Source: Deltaproteobacteria bacterium (GTDB lineage Bacteria; Desulfobacterota; Deferrisomatia; Deferrisomatales; BM512). From it: a stretch of DNA of 64,000 nucleotides. Position 1 is the stretch's first letter; each line of letters begins with the position of its first letter. The stretch lies in the NCBI GenBank assembly GCA_002869015.1, contig PKTT01000062.1:26257-90256 (forward strand). Reading direction: 5' to 3'. The notes under the pieces were generated by a model. It was not told where the DNA came from, did no database searches, and was given only the letters and a program-made list of their open reading frames with translations. Positions 61,701 through 64,000 of this stretch are shown here, one piece after another. The position numbers were made by a program, and so were the translations under genes.

Positions 61701-64000
61701 AGGTGTCGACGCCGTTGAAGTCAGCGAGGGGAGCGTAGGTGAAGGTGCCGTCACCATTGTTTATTACCATAGCACCCACCGCGGAGTACGGGTCGGAGGT
61801 GAGGACGGAGACGAGGTCGCCGTCGGCGTCGGTGTCGTTAATGAGTACGTAGGGCACCAGGAGGGGGTTGTCCTCCGGCCCGGAGGTTGAATCGGGGTTG
61901 GCGACCGGCGGATCATTGACCTCGTTGACGGTGATGGTCACCGTCGCCGAGTCCGTGTTCCCGCCCGCATCCTCAATAGTGTAGGTGAAGGTGTCGATGC
62001 CAAAAAAGTTGCCCGCAGGCGTGTAGAGGAAGACACCCCCCAACTCCGTGACCGTTCCTCCACCCGCGCTGATTGGGTCGTGGGTGAGAAGGGAGACTGG
62101 GTCAATGTCGGGGTCGTAGTCATTGGAGAGTGCGGCAATGAGGACGGAGGTGTCCTCTGAGGCGAGGGCGGCGTCATCCACCGCCACCGGGTCGTCATCC
62201 ACGGGGGCAACATCTATAGTTACCTCCACCGAAGAGCTGAGCGCCCCGGTCTCGTCCACCAGGGTGTATCTGAAGAGGTCCGCGCCGAAAAAGTCATCCC
62301 CGGGGGTGTAGGTGAAGACCCCCGCACCGTGGTAAGTCAGGACCCCGCCGCCGAGGGTTGACGTGGGGAAGCCCACGACGGTGAGGGTGTCGCCATCAAC
62401 GTCGTAGTCGTTGGTGAGTACGGAGAAGACCACCGCCGTTTCCTCGTCGGTTGCAAAGACATCCGCTATTCCGACGGGCGCGTCGTTTGCAGGTGTCACC
62501 GTTACTGTAACAGTCCCGGAGGAGGAGCCTGTAGTACCGCCGTCCTCGCTGACGGTATAGGTAAAGGTGACCACGCCGCTGAAGTCAGCGTCGGGGACAA
62601 AGCTAAGGGAGTTGCCGCTCTGGCTCACCGTACCGCCCGCGGGGGCCGCGTCGAAGTAGTAGATGGTAAGTACGTCGCCGTCGCCGTCGAGATCGTTGGC
62701 GAGCACGTCAATGGTCACCCCTACTCCATCCTCGGCGACGCTCCCAAAGTCAGGGTTTGCTATTGCCGTGTCGGCCACCGGGAGGACTTCCACCGTGACA
62801 ATGGCGGAGCTCGTCCCCCCGTTGCCGTCTGTGATGATGTAAGAGAAGGTGTCTATGCCGTTCCAGTTCGCGGCAGGGGTATAGAGGAAAGAACCCCCAC
62901 CGCTGTGGGCCACTTTGCCGCCACCGAGGGTGAAGTTGTCGTAACCCCCGATGGTCAACGTGTCGCCATCGGCGTCGGAGTCGTTCATGAGGACGCTGGA
63001 AGTAACGACCGCCATGTCCTCATAAGTTGCCGACGCGTCAGGTGCCGCCACTGGGGCGTCGTTCACAGGGAGGACCGTCATAGTGACCAGTCCGTAGGCT
63101 GCAGCCCCGTGGGGGTCGGTCACCGTGGTGGTGAAGTAGTCTGTGCCGTGAAAGTTCTCCGCCGGAGTGTAGATATAGGTGCCGGCAGGAGACTCCACCA
63201 CCGAGCCGCCTGTGGCGGTCACCACGTCGGCTGCGAGGGTGAGGGTGGCGTAATCGTCGTCAACATCGCCTGCCCTTGGGAAGAGCTCTCCCTCAGTGAG
63301 GGTTATCGCGATGTCCTCGGGGGTGCGCCGGGATAGATCGCCGACTACAGGTGCGTCATTTACCGGGTTGACCGTAACGTGGGCCACCGCGTCGTCGAAG
63401 CCCCCGTTGCCGTCGCTCACCGTGTAGGCAAAGCTATCCGGACCGAAGAAGTCGACCGGCGGAGTATAGGTGAAAGTGCCGTCGCCCAGCCCCTCCACAA
63501 AGCCGCCCGCCGCGGAGACGCCGGAACAGCTCGAGACCGTGAGAGTGTCGCCGTCGATGTCAGTGTCATTGGCGAGGACGTTGCCGGTTACGGTGGGTTG
63601 TTCCTCCATCGTAACTGCTATCGCCAGATCGTCGGTCGCCACCGGCGAATCGTTCGCAGAAGTCACCGTAAGGTGGACCTCTACCTCCACAGAGCCACCC
63701 TGACCGTCGATGACGGTTACGGCGAACATATCCTCACCGTTGTAGTCGCCGAGAGAAGTGTAAAAGAGGTCAGGGCTTGCGATAGAGTACGCGCCGCCGA
63801 AAGCTGTGGTCCCCACCTTGTCCACCAACTCCAGGGTGCCGCCATCAAGGTCGGTGACATGGTCAAGGACATCATCTATCAGGTAGTCGACGGAGTCCTC
63901 TGGGAGCGTTACGTAGAGGGGGTCTGCGGTGGGCACGTCGTTGACGGAGATTACGTCGATGGTAACCGTCGCCATGTCAGTGAGCCCCGCGCCGTCGGAG
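58750..64000 (-). CDS. Giant extracellular repeat protein (tandem ~95-aa cadherin/Ig-like domains + thrombospondin-type-3 Ca-binding repeats), C-terminal 1749 codons; N-terminus beyond the window
   Basis: The ORF is open to the window edge, and the frame upstream of the annotated M at 63975 continues without a stop (..SDGAGLTDMATVTIDV). At least 10 units are delimited by (V/A)xD(A/V/S/P)P motifs. DxDxDGxxDxxE repeats (DSDGDGLTDFME, DTDGDGLSDGRE, DTDADGLSDFDE) are present. Confidence 0.85.
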   Translation of the reverse strand, partial: SDGAGLTDMATVTIDVISVNDVPTADPLYVTLPEDSVDYLIDDVLDHVTDLDGGTLELVDKVGTTAFGGAYSIASPDLFYTSLGDYNGEDMFAVTVIDGQGGSVEVEVHLTVTSANDSPVATDDLAIAVTMEEQPTVTGNVLANDTDIDGDTLTVSSCSGVSAAGGFVEGLGDGTFTYTPPVDFFGPDSFAYTVSDGNGGFDDAVAHVTVNPVNDAPVVGDLSRRTPEDIAITLTEGELFPRAGDVDDDYATLTLAADVVTATGGSVVESPAGTYIYTPAENFHGTDYFTTTVTDPHGAAAYGLVTMTVLPVNDAPVAAPDASATYEDMAVVTSSVLMNDSDADGDTLTIGGYDNFTLGGGKVAHSGGGSFLYTPAANWNGIDTFSYIITDGNGGTSSAIVTVEVLPVADTAIANPDFGSVAEDGVGVTIDVLANDLDGDGDVLTIYYFDAAPAGGTVSQSGNSLSFVPDADFSGVVTFTYTVSEDGGTTGSSSGTVTVTVTPANDAPVGIADVFATDEETAVVFSVLTNDYDVDGDTLTVVGFPTSTLGGGVLTYHGAGVFTYTPGDDFFGADLFRYTLVDETGALSSSVEVTIDVAPVDDDPVAVDDAALASEDTSVLIAALSNDYDPDIDPVSLLTHDPISAGGGTVTELGGVFLYTPAGNFFGIDTFTYTIEDAGGNTDSATVTITVNEVNDPPVANPDSTSGPEDNPLLVPYVLINDTDADGDLVSVLTSDPYSAVGAMVINNGDGTFTYAPLADFNGVDTFTYTITDGRLGFATTTVTVTVTPVNDAPSANPDMVSTNEDTPAAGLNLAANDSDPEGDIFGVVDVDFISEAGAVLTLDGATGLVTYTPPLNFYGTDTFGYTLQDAGGAQAIGEVTVYVSPVNDVPVALDVNLSIEQGDSITFEVYATDGDGDVLLFNSPLASLEGGSILNHGEGTFTYQPDVDFVGPDYFTVTVEDGRGGVATPLVSISVNAAADVDSDGDGLTDFMEVNHYSTSPSHMDTDGDGLSDGREIIELGFNPLQDNYRFNPLIADLPEIGIEFGCSPQILLVYTTGTTESTSTTIEDSSSDTHSETTEVGVEVEVEFEGYIPSGGSVTGSVSHSWTDEQTNEHREAYENARANQEDYSGGLIQVTLNVENRGDIAFTIDNLILSAFVPSQNSPGEFLPVANLELDVSVGDFPQTTLGPGQRIEGWVFAAELDLGTTLDLLSDSRSLIVQPSSYELTDALGRAFNHNLTDVMAKTALVSIDYGFDRPMESYRVATNLDYYVDPSLYGVTVGEVFDTAGHFLKIPFTATATPFTVTDGVPAPDYPVELVDGRASNPVPTDGAWRFSTSADFEGLTVDQIKLRAGDVLTLVYCADTDLDGLGEREEYLWGTDPFNPDTDADGLSDFDEVRGWDRYDYPAGTPQELKFIYFSNPLVADSEGDGLFDYFEYANVRSDTLEREAADPYHFDTDLDFLQDDVDPDPTIPDADYLITGLAATTSVDNTTGSQIYDVDLTWSIVDPANVTNIVLLRYQQSAGEVPPAPMPPTDVSDFPSWTGPGSGWTRVAQTVAPTATTFTDNPAMSDIDYVYYAYVQVDFYGDEKLVFCEFVKVPFRFAQVRITVDRVYLSTANDDAWGDDNSIEFFGWCDVQADLAVGYVNTWDDVNVENGNSWYPSPSWTRDFWVGQTVSSNLELELSISDRDSEPTNDDDIALLTISETWNSVVGWDLGQQSHDFTIWQGNNSKYSYLTLYYTIDDLSTP
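61070..64000 (-). repeat. Array of at least 10 tandem ~95-aa domain repeats within the giant gene
   Basis: Boundaries fall at VNDVP, ANDSP, VNDAP, VNDAP, VADTA, ANDAP, VDDDP, VNDPP, VNDAP and VNDVP. Each unit contains a D-x-D-G-D Ca-like motif and an F-x-Y-T-(V/I)-x-D core. The repeats are diverged at the DNA level. Confidence 0.7.

Noticed and set aside
1-64000. Scan for CRISPR arrays, IS elements or transposase genes, integrases, rRNA genes, toxin-antitoxin pairs and known defence-system hallmarks.
   Set aside because: No regularly spaced direct repeats were seen, and no transposase, integrase or recombinase-like ORFs in any frame of the ORF track. No nuclease, helicase, methylase or other defence-type domain combinations were found. 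The only mobility signal is the tRNA fragment.

Overview
Densely coding 64-kb window whose gene content matches a strictly anaerobic aromatic-compound degrader (deltaproteobacterial or Desulfobacterota-like; the taxon is inference only, and GC content was not computed). Main blocks, left to right: (1) TRAP transporter genes, a Usp protein and a gamma-CA-like protein. (2) mobA plus an operon of an acyl-CoA ligase and a cytoplasmic molybdopterin (bis-MGD type) oxidoreductase, with a divergent IclR regulator. (3) A complete class II benzoyl-CoA reductase cluster bamBCDEFGHI (8594-19049, minus strand). Its bamF carries an in-frame TGA at a conserved Cys position (predicted selenocysteine), which the ORF track truncates. 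(4) An MBL hydrolase. (5) A cus-type RND metal-efflux operon with two TolC-like genes, cusB, an enlarged cusA, a P-II-like gene and a Met/His-rich periplasmic protein. (6) A RACo-like reductive activator plus DUF1638. (7) A sigma-54 two-component locus whose operon also encodes a beta-RFAP-synthase-like GHMP protein and HD and HAD hydrolases. (8) Phenylphosphate-carboxylase-type genes ppcBCAD followed by an extra UbiD, UbiX and a PaaK-like CoA ligase, with a divergent LysR. (9) An archaeal-type riboflavin kinase-HAD fusion. (10) Phenylphosphate-synthase-type ppsAB with non-canonical accessory genes and a sigma-54-type promoter. (11) A MetA/phenol-pathway-type outer-membrane channel. (12) A fourth UbiD paralog with an HD protein, a SatP-like channel and a second LysR. 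(13) A truncated tRNA-Ala(GGC) 3' fragment with its terminator (probable integration scar). (14) The 3' 5.2 kb of a giant tandem ~95-aa-repeat/TSP3 adhesin-like gene that runs off the window. No CRISPR array, IS element, rRNA or intact tRNA was seen.
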